Shown piece by piece: positions 46,501 to 54,747 of a DNA stretch of 62,134 nucleotides. The DNA comes from a virus, in the IMG/VR virus record IMGVR_UViG_3300045988_174550; one strand, given 5' to 3'. Numbering within the stretch: position 1 is the first letter of the stretch; every line of letters begins with the position of its first letter. The position numbers and the translations under genes were made by a program. The notes under the pieces were generated by a model, which did no database searches, was not told the origin of the DNA, and saw only the letters and a list, made by a program, of their open reading frames with translations.

Positions 46501-46669
46501 CGTATAGGTTGAACGAGAAAAATCGTTCGGAAGGGTTGACACGCTGAGGGAGAATGCGATAAAGATGTGCGCACCGGATGTTGCTTAACGCAGAGCTGCG
46601 CCGGTCTCCTCCCCCTTCGTTGATCGTATCTCCGACGAAGGGGGCTTTTTCGTTTGTGATATTCGTCAT
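43535..46669 (-). CDS. Bifunctional primase-polymerase / SF3 (D5-like) helicase
   Basis: 1044 aa, SD GGGAGA. N-terminal prim-pol-like region, central Cys cluster (CPRVCAACPHRG), Walker A ESGRGKS. Confidence 0.8.
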   Translation of the reverse strand: MTNITNEKAPFVGDTINEGGGDRRSSALSNIRCAHLYRILPQRVNPSERFFSFNLYGKSPRQIPVRDVFELEQYADEASARGGDAYFALASFADGAHRTQANAVAVRSLWADIDVGKSTSKYKNKGEALAALARFVEATGLRPGIVIASGMGLHVYWTFWKNIPIEPWRGMAAFFHRLCIEQGLDVDPTRAEDPASVLRVPGTMHRKTGNVVTVLGSNGPIYHADDFMRRVYDNLVDKSAARPLSRSVAPKQVPAVPNSMKLAAVTGFIEPSTADAEKVIRQCRAVLSAGLGTYPQWFAMMTVMKRCADGRTWAHKLSSFDKARYDYADTEKKFNDAHYDAPALCSTFENICPRVCAACPHRGKVKTPVQLSKLIISEPVEPPVEPAITPSAPAPERPVVAEVHEDCFGTSTPAATKELVWPSPGQLACLPLVSTKFFQKDDGVYMKTPITDAQTGETRYVDKRIINGRIQLRYCVYDRDETAMQDARSFVFSVWPTGGYAHDVVFNVRDHMRPDAIVIWLYNSGANPADPYTKPSTYIAFMNAYLNSVQGTVPELRTYDRFGWVEYKDRNTQMVRKGFLTGAGLVTEDGFVDVRFGDLAREHANRDFVRKGSLAKWKAVPQMYRLLKQKIGQLAVCMSLAGPLMPHGSGEAKNAILSIWSAESGRGKSQLLRTCASIWGNPATQFFTRMESSVARARRLAVWQNIPGFMDELTDLKDDDLFALAYTLTGGKEKQKLKSSGDAFVKTGDWSTVVISTANRSFKEAISRCAGDSEATLQRVMEYCCDFESYEDKPTVQKYINACMTCCNENYGWAGPTFLHYIMQRPDLLDTLTIRAEHWFLRHKFDNKERFMGYALFLALQAGRWANECGLLDYDMDALEKWVLKVFVPQNRKGTQEFAPDFVESMATFLLEKSSETLVVKRDMRDEQTEPDPMSVAEFDKFVIRYPASYRDITVRIETEAKAICVAVSKFNDWCRTRSLSPKVVKQELAKKGIRSAIKVMSLTRGLKALPTPYVRCMVFDAAAFTKLGFAIDVSPVIPPATGQ

Positions 46670-46695
46670 GTCGTATCTCCCTTCCAGTTAAAAAT

Positions 46696-46731
46696 AAGTG
46701 GTCACTCAGCGCAGAGCATGAGTGACCACTT
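46696..46731 (-). terminator. Intra-operon stem-loop/terminator upstream of the primase gene
   Basis: 12-bp perfect stem AAGTGGTCACTC / GAGTGACCACTT with a 12-nt loop. On the minus strand it is followed by ATTTTTAA. Confidence 0.55.
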
Positions 46732-46756
46732 ACCCTATCTCCTCTCGAATTTCAAG

Positions 46757-47872
46757 CTACGAGAGAACGTCAATCAGGCTCTGTGCGTTAAACGCCGCCA
46801 CATCTTCGTTCGTCGCCGCAGGCTGCGCAGGGACGACAGGTGCGACCACAGATGCCGTACCGCCAAGGATTTGCGCAGTCTGCGCCGCAAGTGCGGCGAG
46901 GTCTTCCGCACTCATGTCTTCTGCGACGGGCACCTGAATTTCCTGCGGCATGGTCAGCACAGGCTTCTGCGCCTGTATAGGTGCGACGGGCTGCTGGACA
47001 GGTGCGACGGGCTGCTGGACAGGTGCGACGGGCTGCTGGACAGGTGCGACGGGCTGCTGGACAGGAGGCTGCACGGCAGAGCCGTCCATCGTCAGCTTCT
47101 CCTTGACCATGACGTTTTCCACTACATCTGGTGCCTGCGCCCGAGTGAACGCCTGCTCGATGAGGTCATACGGAAGGTACTCAAGCTGTCCGGTCTGCTG
47201 GTTCAGCATAGGCTGGAAGTTCCACACACCGATGGTATGCGCCATGTTGTCGGGCACGATACGGGTGAGGAACATGGTCGGAGAGCAGACGAAGCCGTTG
47301 CCGCTGCGCTGCTTGCAGAAAGCCGCGAGTTCGTTCCACTTGAAGATACCAGCCTGCGGCTGCGCATGGCCGAAGAGCGACGAGCTCGAAATGTCCAAAA
47401 GCACGGGGTTGTCGAAGTCAATGGAGGACACGCCGGTCGGCCCCATCTTCGCCAAGGCCCATACGGTACGCCGGGCGATCTTGTAGGCCCAGACCTCACG
47501 GCCGTTCTTTACGATCTTCTGCCGGAACTGAGGAGGGAGCGCCGCCGGATGCGTACCGTTCCCCTGCGTGTCAAGCCAGACAAGATTCGGCTGCTCGGGT
47601 TCCTGCCCGGGGGCGAAGTCCCGTTCATACCAAGTGCAGTGGTTGTACGGCGACACCTTCAACAGGACGGCGACGAAGGCGTTGACCATAATGGTATCTT
47701 CGGTGCTCCCCCCACGCCGCAGTTCGAATCCGTTGTTGGTGTGACGAACCCACCGAAGCCCGCTCGAAAAACCGGAGAAGGCATCCGTGAAGGACTGCTC
47801 GGCAAGCGCCGCGATGTTGGAGGGAAGGACCGGAGGCATGGACGAAAACGCAATAGGTGCAAGCTGAGACAT
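46757..47872 (-). CDS. Hypothetical replication-module protein with a (PVQQPVA)4 linker and an acidic C-terminal tail; possible ssDNA-binding/annealing protein
   Basis: ATG 47872 with SD GAGGA. The position and the acidic tail (EDVAAFNAQSLIDVLS) are reminiscent of phage SSBs. No motif-level proof. Confidence 0.6.
   Translation of the reverse strand: MSQLAPIAFSSMPPVLPSNIAALAEQSFTDAFSGFSSGLRWVRHTNNGFELRRGGSTEDTIMVNAFVAVLLKVSPYNHCTWYERDFAPGQEPEQPNLVWLDTQGNGTHPAALPPQFRQKIVKNGREVWAYKIARRTVWALAKMGPTGVSSIDFDNPVLLDISSSSLFGHAQPQAGIFKWNELAAFCKQRSGNGFVCSPTMFLTRIVPDNMAHTIGVWNFQPMLNQQTGQLEYLPYDLIEQAFTRAQAPDVVENVMVKEKLTMDGSAVQPPVQQPVAPVQQPVAPVQQPVAPVQQPVAPIQAQKPVLTMPQEIQVPVAEDMSAEDLAALAAQTAQILGGTASVVAPVVPAQPAATNEDVAAFNAQSLIDVLS
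46981..47064. repeat. Four perfect tandem copies of a 21-bp unit (GGTGCGACGGGCTGCTGGACA)
   Basis: Counted directly. In frame within CDS 46757-47872. Confidence 0.95.
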
Positions 47873-47874
47873 AG

Positions 47875-48300
47875 TCAAATCCTCGTAATTGAAAGTTCAT
47901 CTTTCTCTACATAGGCGAGCCCGATAGCCTCGAGCGCGGCCGGTTCTCGTCCATCGCAGAGCGTTTCCACGGCGTCACGACTTACTCGCCGTTGCAGCAG
48001 CATGGCGTCAGTGAGAGGGCGGCCATTCTGCACGGCCACGCACATGTTCTTCAACATGACGCGGGCGAGCTTCTCGGTGTCCCGAATTTCATAATGGCCC
48101 TTCGAGCGGCGGACAACCCGCCCGATGCCTTCAAGTTTCAGGGAAGATACCCCATCGGCCGCCATGAGCGCGAGAATCTGTTCCTGCAACGGTCGCTCTC
48201 GTTCAGTCGCTATTTCCGCCGCCTGAGCTTCCAGCTCAAGCCTTTGACGTCTTGCTTCGATATACCGGCTTATCAACACCGGAAGCGTGTTCATCCCCAT
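47875..48300 (-). CDS. Hypothetical protein (Gp157-like by vague resemblance)
   Basis: Start at ATG 48300 after GGGAGGTG. Coiled N-terminus. Confidence 0.5.
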   Translation of the reverse strand: MGMNTLPVLISRYIEARRQRLELEAQAAEIATERERPLQEQILALMAADGVSSLKLEGIGRVVRRSKGHYEIRDTEKLARVMLKNMCVAVQNGRPLTDAMLLQRRVSRDAVETLCDGREPAALEAIGLAYVEKDELSITRI

Positions 48301-48511
48301 CCTTATACACCTCCCTGAACCATTCCATGAAGTCCTCCCGGACATACACGATCTTGTTTCCGAAGCGCTGCGACTTCGGCCCCCTACCCTGCGAATCCAC
48401 CGCCGACATCGTGGCCTTTGTAATAAGACCGTTCAGCCGTTCTTCCAGTTCCTTGCGGGAAAATACGGCAGGCAACATGGACTCGATTGCTTTGAAAAAC
48501 TTCTCGTTCAT
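48236..48511 (-). CDS. Small putative DNA-binding protein
   Basis: 91-aa ORF with ATGA overlap to the SNF2 gene stop. It overlaps the next gene by about 65 nt. Confidence 0.45.
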   Translation of the reverse strand: MNEKFFKAIESMLPAVFSRKELEERLNGLITKATMSAVDSQGRGPKSQRFGNKIVYVREDFMEWFREVYKDGDEHASGVDKPVYRSKTSKA

Positions 48512-50139
48512 AACTCACCCTTACTTATAGATTCAAACAATGTGTTTATAATTTGTCCCATCTCCCTTCCTTTGTCAAGTGCGTTGAAGAATCTTTTTTC
48601 TTCCGGGAACGTCATCACGCGGATGACACTTATCTTGTCGGCCTCCTGCTTCAAAGAACTCAGGCGTTCAAGGGCCTGAGCGTAGATGAAGCCGCCGAGA
48701 AGCGGGGGACCGTCGAAGATGATGGTGTCCGCCCGCGACAGTTCGACGCCATACGCCGTGGTGGTCGGGTGGCATACGAGTACATGCGGAGCGTCCTCGT
48801 ACTGGAAGCGCCGCAGGATATCCGTACGTTCCTTGTCCGGCACGGAGCCATCGATATAAGCACAGGTGAAACCCGCCTTCTTTATCTGCTCCACGCGCAG
48901 ACTGATACCCTTTCTATAGCAAGAAAAGACAACCACTTTGCGGTCCGTCTCCGCGATGGCGTCGATGATGCAGGCCGAACGCGGGGCATGGTCTATCTCC
49001 GTCGTTTCCTTGTCCTTGTTCATGACGAATCCCTGCGCCACCTGCATGAGTTTCTGGAGAAGCACGCCGCCATTGACGGCTGTGATGGCCTCACCGCTCT
49101 CAAGGAGCGCCACGGACTCGGCTCTGAACTCTTCCCGCAACCGCTTCTGCACGGATGTCGTCTCGCACTGTCGGTCCTGTGTGACCACGGGAGGCAAATC
49201 CATGATGTCCTTCTTCGCGAAACGCACGGCGGGTTGCATCGCTTTCTGGATGATGTACGGGGCCTCGGGCCTCGGCTTGCGCATGAAGCTCTCGAAACCC
49301 ACCTGCATCGTGGTGCGGTCGAGCCACGAAGTTTTCGTAGTGCAGGGCAGACGTGTCCTGTTGACCATCTTGCACATGCCGAAGACGGTTTCAGGGTCTT
49401 CACCGGGGCTTCCCGTAAGCCCGTAGACGCGCTCAAGACCGGTGCAATTACAAATCGCATCGATGGCTTTGAAGCGTTTGGACTGCGTGTTGCCGACGTT
49501 CGTAAGCTCGTCGATGACGACCGCTCCGATGCGCCCCGTCTTCACGGCGTCCACGAAGGCGCGCTCGGACAGACGGCACGAGTCATAATTCGTGACGTAG
49601 AAGTCGGCCGGCTCGTTGACGAGCTTCTCCCTGTCCTTGCCGTGGACGACCACCACCCGGGCCGTGGGTATAGACTCGCGGATGGTGGCCTCCCAGACGC
49701 TGCGCACCGTGGTCAACGTAGAGATGATGAGGAAGGCCCCCTGCACTTTGCCGTGGCGCTGCATGTAGTCCATCGCCACGACGACGCTGCCGGTCTTCCC
49801 TGTCCTCGGGTCGTTCAGAATGTAGCCTCTCGGATACATGGACATGAACGCCGCCGTGTAGAACTGATGCGCCATCGGCGCATACTTGCCCTCGATGACG
49901 ACCTGATTGCGCTTGACGAGCGGCGCAGCCAGCACGATGTCTATGCCCATGTTCTTCATCAACATGATGGCATCTTCCTGCCACGGCAGAACCATGAGCC
50001 AGTCCTGTCCTTGCTGCACGAATGCCTTCTTCAGCCCCTTGGCCCCAAGTTCATCCTTTATTTCCGGCGGCACCCGGACAAGGATGGTCCCCTTGTCCGG
50101 GTAGACGACGGCGGTATTCCCCACCTTGAATGGATTCAT
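48508..50139 (-). CDS. SNF2/DEAD-like superfamily 2 helicase
   Basis: Motif I-like DPRTGKTG, DExx (VVIDELTN), and a helicase C-terminal block (VVFSCYRKGI...YGVELSRADTIIFDGPP). Confidence 0.85.
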   Translation of the reverse strand: MNPFKVGNTAVVYPDKGTILVRVPPEIKDELGAKGLKKAFVQQGQDWLMVLPWQEDAIMLMKNMGIDIVLAAPLVKRNQVVIEGKYAPMAHQFYTAAFMSMYPRGYILNDPRTGKTGSVVVAMDYMQRHGKVQGAFLIISTLTTVRSVWEATIRESIPTARVVVVHGKDREKLVNEPADFYVTNYDSCRLSERAFVDAVKTGRIGAVVIDELTNVGNTQSKRFKAIDAICNCTGLERVYGLTGSPGEDPETVFGMCKMVNRTRLPCTTKTSWLDRTTMQVGFESFMRKPRPEAPYIIQKAMQPAVRFAKKDIMDLPPVVTQDRQCETTSVQKRLREEFRAESVALLESGEAITAVNGGVLLQKLMQVAQGFVMNKDKETTEIDHAPRSACIIDAIAETDRKVVVFSCYRKGISLRVEQIKKAGFTCAYIDGSVPDKERTDILRRFQYEDAPHVLVCHPTTTAYGVELSRADTIIFDGPPLLGGFIYAQALERLSSLKQEADKISVIRVMTFPEEKRFFNALDKGREMGQIINTLFESISKGEL

Positions 50140-50426
50140 GTCATCCGCTCCCGTAACTCACCCATGAACGTGCCGAGGTTCGCCTCATTGACGACGAGCG
50201 CCACGCCCCCCGCCGCACGTATGGCGTCGTGCTCCATCGACTGGAGCTTCGTAGGCTTGTTCTTCCCGGACTTCACCTCGATGGCGAAAAATCGCCCATT
50301 CATGCAGCCCACGACATCCGGGACGCCGCGCCTGCCATAGACGGTACCGCGAGGCATAAAGAAATAGACGCCCGCCTCGGCAAGGTGTTTCTTAATAACG
50401 TCCTTGACTTTCCCTTCCGGTGTCAT
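50136..50426 (-). CDS. VRR-NUC domain nuclease
   Basis: GVPDVVG...FFAIEVKSGKNKPTKLQ...GGVALVV. Start chosen at ATG 50426 (GTGAGG upstream); the ORF is open to 50474. Confidence 0.8.
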   Translation of the reverse strand: MTPEGKVKDVIKKHLAEAGVYFFMPRGTVYGRRGVPDVVGCMNGRFFAIEVKSGKNKPTKLQSMEHDAIRAAGGVALVVNEANLGTFMGELRERMT

Positions 50427-50434
50427 GGCGCGCC

Positions 50435-51118
50435 TCACAAACCGCAGGAGGGCGTGCCGCTCAAGCCGCACCACTTGCAGAACTTATTCTTCTGAGACGG
50501 GAAGTAACTATCTCTGATGGACGTGCTCATCTCCTTCATAAGCTCGATGACGTCCTGTACGGGAGATAGCCCACGGGCGAAATCAATCGTGTTGCCGAAC
50601 GTCTCGCCACTGTCGACATACCAGTACTCGTACCGGATGACGGGGAATTTCTTTGCGAAATGCAAAAGGAGCGCGTTCACCCGAAGCTGGAAGTCGTCAT
50701 CGTCCCACTTCTTCCCCGTCTTGATGTCGACGACGAGCGGCGGCACTTCGCTTGCCGGGATAATCACAGCATCGGCCCGCGCCCGGATGAAGGCCGTCTT
50801 GTCCCACCACCCCTCGGGTGTGGGATTGAACGTCTTGTTCAGCGTAAGCTCTTCCTCAATGAGAATCTTCCCGCCGCTCGCTGCTGCGCGGGCTTCGACG
50901 ATACTGTTGCGCGTATAGTCGAGGTCGATCCCTTCCGGCCAGCTCGTGACGGCATCGAGGCCGGAGCGCAGCGCCATCTCGACCACGTTGTGGACGAGCG
51001 TGCCACGTGACTTCTGAGCCGTCGCCTGCCAAGGCAACTCCTTCGTGATGGTCTGAGCTTGGAACTTGCGCGGACAGGTGCGGTAAGTCGACATGTTGGA
51101 GGGGGAGAACACGAACAT
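50435..51118 (-). CDS. PD-(D/E)XK nuclease, Cas4/RecB-like with a Cys cluster
   Basis: N-terminal YRTCPRKF, VVDIKTGKK, and C-terminal CKWCGLSGTPSC. Start is coupled (TGATG) to the upstream ORF. Confidence 0.75.
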   Translation of the reverse strand: MFVFSPSNMSTYRTCPRKFQAQTITKELPWQATAQKSRGTLVHNVVEMALRSGLDAVTSWPEGIDLDYTRNSIVEARAAASGGKILIEEELTLNKTFNPTPEGWWDKTAFIRARADAVIIPASEVPPLVVDIKTGKKWDDDDFQLRVNALLLHFAKKFPVIRYEYWYVDSGETFGNTIDFARGLSPVQDVIELMKEMSTSIRDSYFPSQKNKFCKWCGLSGTPSCGL

Positions 51119-51312
51119 CACTTTCCCTCCCGTACGGTCTTTACCGTGCGGACAATGAGCGCCACGTTGTCGTCCGGAGCCACGGTGGTGCCTATCCACA
51201 TCTCCCTATAATACAAGGCGAGCTCGGCGAACGCAGTGCAGATTCGCATCATCTCATCCTTATCGACGCTGCCTATCGTGTGCGCCATGAATTCTTTCAG
51301 GTCGGTGTTCAT
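51118..51312 (-). CDS. Hypothetical small protein
   Basis: 64 aa, between the polymerase and the nuclease. Confidence 0.5.
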   Translation of the reverse strand: MNTDLKEFMAHTIGSVDKDEMMRICTAFAELALYYREMWIGTTVAPDDNVALIVRTVKTVREGK

Positions 51313-51321
51313 ATTCGCCTC

Positions 51322-53403
51322 CTATGCGATGGAGAAGTTATAGCCTATTTCACCAGAACAAGCTACGGGGAAGTCGGGTGCCCACACCGGCGGTTGGGAC
51401 ATGAAGAACTTCATAATCTTGAGCGTCGCTTCGCCCCGCGCCTCAGGCACGGTGGAGAGCCAAGCGTCGTGAATGTTGCAGATGAGCGACACCTTGGCCG
51501 CCGCCATGCCGATGGCCTGCCCTTTAAGCATGACGAACGACACGGCCTGCGTGACGTTCTCGGTAAGGCTCCCGCCATAGATGCGGGTCGTCATCATGGC
51601 GCGCCCCTGCCACGAGTCATAGACGAACTCCCACCGTCCCGCATCGTTGCGCTCGGCGCGGATGTTCGGATAGCGAAGCATATAGCCGTTCGGCAATCTG
51701 ACGGACATGAGCGGCGGTCGCCCCGGCACGACCTCCATGAGGCCATACTTGAAAAGCGCATCGTCGGGTCCACCAAAAGACCCCTCGCCCCCGGCGACCA
51801 TATGTTCGATGACGGACTGGCATCGCTTCCAGAACGACACGATGCGCGGGTTATCCGCCCGGTACATGTAGAGCGTCTCCTTTGCCAGCGCATGGTGCCG
51901 GTCGACGTCGTCGTGGAGCTTGACTCCCATACGCAGTAACGTATGGGAATACTTGGAGAATCCAGTTTGGTAGCCTGCGGACAAGATCGCCGTCTTCGCG
52001 GCCGTCCTATATTTCTTGCACTCAGGGTCCCCGGACTCGTTGCCGTCGTGAATGGTCTTCGCCGGGATGCCGGACATCTTCTCGGCGAGTTCCGCGTAGG
52101 CGTCGCGGCCATGCCGGAAAGCGTCAAGCAGGTCATCCTGACCGGCTTCGTAAGCGAGCATTCTGGCTTCGACCTGACTGCTGTCGCAGGCTACGAAGAC
52201 GTGCCCCGGTGCCGGGATGAGCGCCTTACGGATGGTTTTCAGCTTGGGGTTCCGCTTGCCGAGGTTCTGGAAGTTCAGGGCGTCCGACTTGCCTTCCCCC
52301 GTTCCCGCCCCATAACGGCCCGTGTGAGCCTTGTGACACTGAAGCATGACCGGAATGCTGCCCCCGCCCTCAGAGACGTCCAGAAACCGCACTACACGGC
52401 TTCTACGAATAGATGAGTTATTCTCCAGTCTGGCGGTGACAAGCTGCGCCACACGCTCGTCAGGGTGGTCCTGCATCTGTGTGAACTCGAAGTTCGTCTT
52501 GGCAAGGGCAGGCTCCCATACCGTATATGTCTCGGGGTCGGCCAGCATCCCGGCATAGAGGTTCTTCTCCCGCACGTCGGGAGCCGTAGACATGGCGGCT
52601 TCGAGCTGTCTGCGCTTCGTCTCGGTCTTCTTCTCCGAGATTTTCATAGGCGGCTCGACGCCGAGGCTTCGCAGCATCGTGCAGAACTTGGGCTTCGAGC
52701 GGATATTGGCAAGGAATTCTTCCGTCGTATCGAAGTGGAAGACACTCATGAGCTGGCGTCTTGCGTCTTCGGTCTCCTCGTCGATCTCCACAAGGTGCCG
52801 CTGCAACAGCGGGCGGTCGACATAGATGCCGGGCTCCGTCGTCATGCGAGCCGTAAGGCTTTCAAAGCGGAGCTCCTCCTGCGTGAGATACCGGGAGAGG
52901 ATAAAGAAATTCTCCGAACATTGCAGCACGTCGTCGGCGCAGTAGCGCTTGAACGTCTCCCTCTCCTCCAGTGTGAAGTCGTCCGGCCAATGCTTCCCGT
53001 CGGACACGGCCGTGCCGTCCGTCTTTATCCCCGTGCCAAGGTAATCGCACAGGGCCTTGTGGCTGCATGACTGGAATCGGCTGATGCCCGCCGCCCGAGC
53101 AAGCGCAAGCGTGTCGACCATGTACTTGGGGCGGATGCCGAACCGCTCGGAGAGTACGAGGATATCGAAGCCATGCAGGTTATGTCCCACGACCACCGTA
53201 CCCGGCGCTTCAAGACCGAGGACTTTGAGGGCTTCGGGTATTTCGTGAGGTTCGTAGACATTAACGCAACCCCGGTCCACGCGCACGCCGAGAAGTTGTG
53301 CGTGAAATCGTGGATCGCGGACATATTCAATAGGCCCCATCTTTGAAAGCGTGTAGTCCCTGCTCGACCAGAACGTTTCGAAGTCCAATGTAATTACTCG
53401 CAT
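51322..53403 (-). CDS. Family A DNA polymerase with an N-terminal 3'-5' exonuclease
   Basis: ExoI LDFET. Motif A ACDSSQVEARMLA, motif B RTAAKTAILSAGYQTG, motif C NIHDAW. SD AGGAG. Confidence 0.9.
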   Translation of the reverse strand: MRVITLDFETFWSSRDYTLSKMGPIEYVRDPRFHAQLLGVRVDRGCVNVYEPHEIPEALKVLGLEAPGTVVVGHNLHGFDILVLSERFGIRPKYMVDTLALARAAGISRFQSCSHKALCDYLGTGIKTDGTAVSDGKHWPDDFTLEERETFKRYCADDVLQCSENFFILSRYLTQEELRFESLTARMTTEPGIYVDRPLLQRHLVEIDEETEDARRQLMSVFHFDTTEEFLANIRSKPKFCTMLRSLGVEPPMKISEKKTETKRRQLEAAMSTAPDVREKNLYAGMLADPETYTVWEPALAKTNFEFTQMQDHPDERVAQLVTARLENNSSIRRSRVVRFLDVSEGGGSIPVMLQCHKAHTGRYGAGTGEGKSDALNFQNLGKRNPKLKTIRKALIPAPGHVFVACDSSQVEARMLAYEAGQDDLLDAFRHGRDAYAELAEKMSGIPAKTIHDGNESGDPECKKYRTAAKTAILSAGYQTGFSKYSHTLLRMGVKLHDDVDRHHALAKETLYMYRADNPRIVSFWKRCQSVIEHMVAGGEGSFGGPDDALFKYGLMEVVPGRPPLMSVRLPNGYMLRYPNIRAERNDAGRWEFVYDSWQGRAMMTTRIYGGSLTENVTQAVSFVMLKGQAIGMAAAKVSLICNIHDAWLSTVPEARGEATLKIMKFFMSQPPVWAPDFPVACSGEIGYNFSIA

Positions 53404-53651
53404 TTTTCATGCTCCTGCATTACGAATTCATGTCCGTACAAGGGGCATGTAGCATGTGTCCTGCTGCTGTAGGGACTCTGACAAAGCAGCGCGATAAACA
53501 CGGTGGCGACAAGCATCGGTATCCATCTCTTGTCGTGGTATATGAGAAAAGCCACCAGCCCGAACCCCACGACGACCACGAGATAATGCGCGACCGAGAC
53601 GATGACGTAAGCTGTAATATCTTGCACACCCTTTCTCCTTGCGGGGGCCAT
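53394..53651 (-). CDS. Small membrane protein (2 TM)
   Basis: Hydrophobic segments YVIVSVAHYLVVVVGFGLVAFLIY and WIPMLVATVFIALLC. Confidence 0.5.
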   Translation of the reverse strand: MAPARRKGVQDITAYVIVSVAHYLVVVVGFGLVAFLIYHDKRWIPMLVATVFIALLCQSPYSSRTHATCPLYGHEFVMQEHEKCE

Positions 53652-53672
53652 GCGGCCCCCGCAGATCTTCGT

Positions 53673-54275
53673 CTAGTCCGTTGCAGCCGTGGCTTCCATG
53701 ATGGCCTTGAGCCCTTCCTCGCTCATGTCCATGATGTACTGCGCCGCCTCCTCCGGGATGCCCGTCTGCTGCGATACGGAGTAGGCCGTATCGTAGCCCG
53801 AGGCGAGCGTCGACTTCACGAGGTTGATGATGGGGGTGTTGATATGAACGCCTTCGACGTAAATATTCTTCCAGTTGATGGACTTCAAAGGCTCGGGATT
53901 GCCGTAGACTTCAGGCTGCATGGCCTCAATGCGCTGCACGTCGTCCATGTCGACGGTCTTCGTCATGATCGATGACGTAGCCTTCTTCGACGACCGAGTG
54001 CGCTTCGGCTTCTCGGCGGCCTGCTTGCGCTGTTCGTCAAGTTCCGCACGCATGGCCTTCACGACGGCGTCGAGCTCCTCGATGTCATCCATTCTGTCGA
54101 CGGGGAGGCTTGCAAGACGCTTCTCCACAGCGACGAGGCGTTCATTGAAGTTGGAGAACAGCCCCTTTACCGCTCGCCACTTCTCATCGTTGGCGGCAAG
54201 CTGCCCCTTGAATTCATTCAGCTTCGCCGCGAGCTTGGTAAGAACTTCTTCCAGTTGCTGCATGTGCTCATTCAT
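53673..54275 (-). CDS. Hypothetical coiled-coil protein
   Basis: 200 aa, ATGA overlap with the upstream gene. Confidence 0.55.
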   Translation of the reverse strand: MNEHMQQLEEVLTKLAAKLNEFKGQLAANDEKWRAVKGLFSNFNERLVAVEKRLASLPVDRMDDIEELDAVVKAMRAELDEQRKQAAEKPKRTRSSKKATSSIMTKTVDMDDVQRIEAMQPEVYGNPEPLKSINWKNIYVEGVHINTPIINLVKSTLASGYDTAYSVSQQTGIPEEAAQYIMDMSEEGLKAIMEATAATD

Positions 54276-54628
54276 CGTCCGCTCCTTTGGTAATTTTGAT
54301 TGTTCATGGAGATGTACCGACCCCAGATAAGAAGTGCCTTACCCGTACCCGTCCGGGGTTTGAGTTCGGCGAGCTCCTCGGTCATCAGGCGGATAGCCAT
54401 GACACGCATCCCGTGATACGGCGGCACGGCGTCATAGCCCCACTCATGGCGCAGCATCTGCTGCACCATAGGTTCGAGCTTATGGCATATTTTCAGCTCC
54501 CGCAACGCCTTGTTCACGGAGGAATCGCCGGAACGCCGCAAGCGTATTGCTTCCGCTACGCCGCGCCACACTGTTCGACAAGCTAAAGATAAACCACGTA
54601 TTCCATTCCCGATTACGGACCTTGACAT
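54272..54628 (-). CDS. Hypothetical protein (5' part overlaps the HicA-like ORF in another frame)
   Basis: ATG 54628 with SD AAGAGGAAG. Third-position G+C supports this frame only below about 54570 (hand count). Confidence 0.4.
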   Translation of the reverse strand: MSRSVIGNGIRGLSLACRTVWRGVAEAIRLRRSGDSSVNKALRELKICHKLEPMVQQMLRHEWGYDAVPPYHGMRVMAIRLMTEELAELKPRTGTGKALLIWGRYISMNNQNYQRSGR

Positions 54629-54746
54629 GACTTCCTCTTTTCGTTTTATGAAACATACACCCCATCTCGGCGCACATCCTGAGCAGTTTGTTGATCGTCT
54701 CGTCCCCCGCCTTGGGGGGGGTGAACACATTCAGTTTCGGTCTCAT
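54480..54746 (-). CDS. HicA-like (YcfA family) small protein
   Basis: SD CGGAG. INKLLRMCAEMGCMFHKTKRGSHVKV... resembles the HicA G(F/W)...R..GSH core. The C-terminal half overlaps 54272-54628. Confidence 0.4.
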   Translation of the reverse strand: MRPKLNVFTPPKAGDETINKLLRMCAEMGCMFHKTKRGSHVKVRNREWNTWFIFSLSNSVARRSGSNTLAAFRRFLREQGVAGAENMP

Positions 54747-54747
54747 G

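Noticed and set aside
47715-47745. tRNA-like GTTCGAATCC (T-loop-like) string
   Set aside because: The flanking bases do not form a T-stem (CGCAG versus CCGTT). No acceptor or anticodon arms could be drawn. It lies inside a well-supported CDS.
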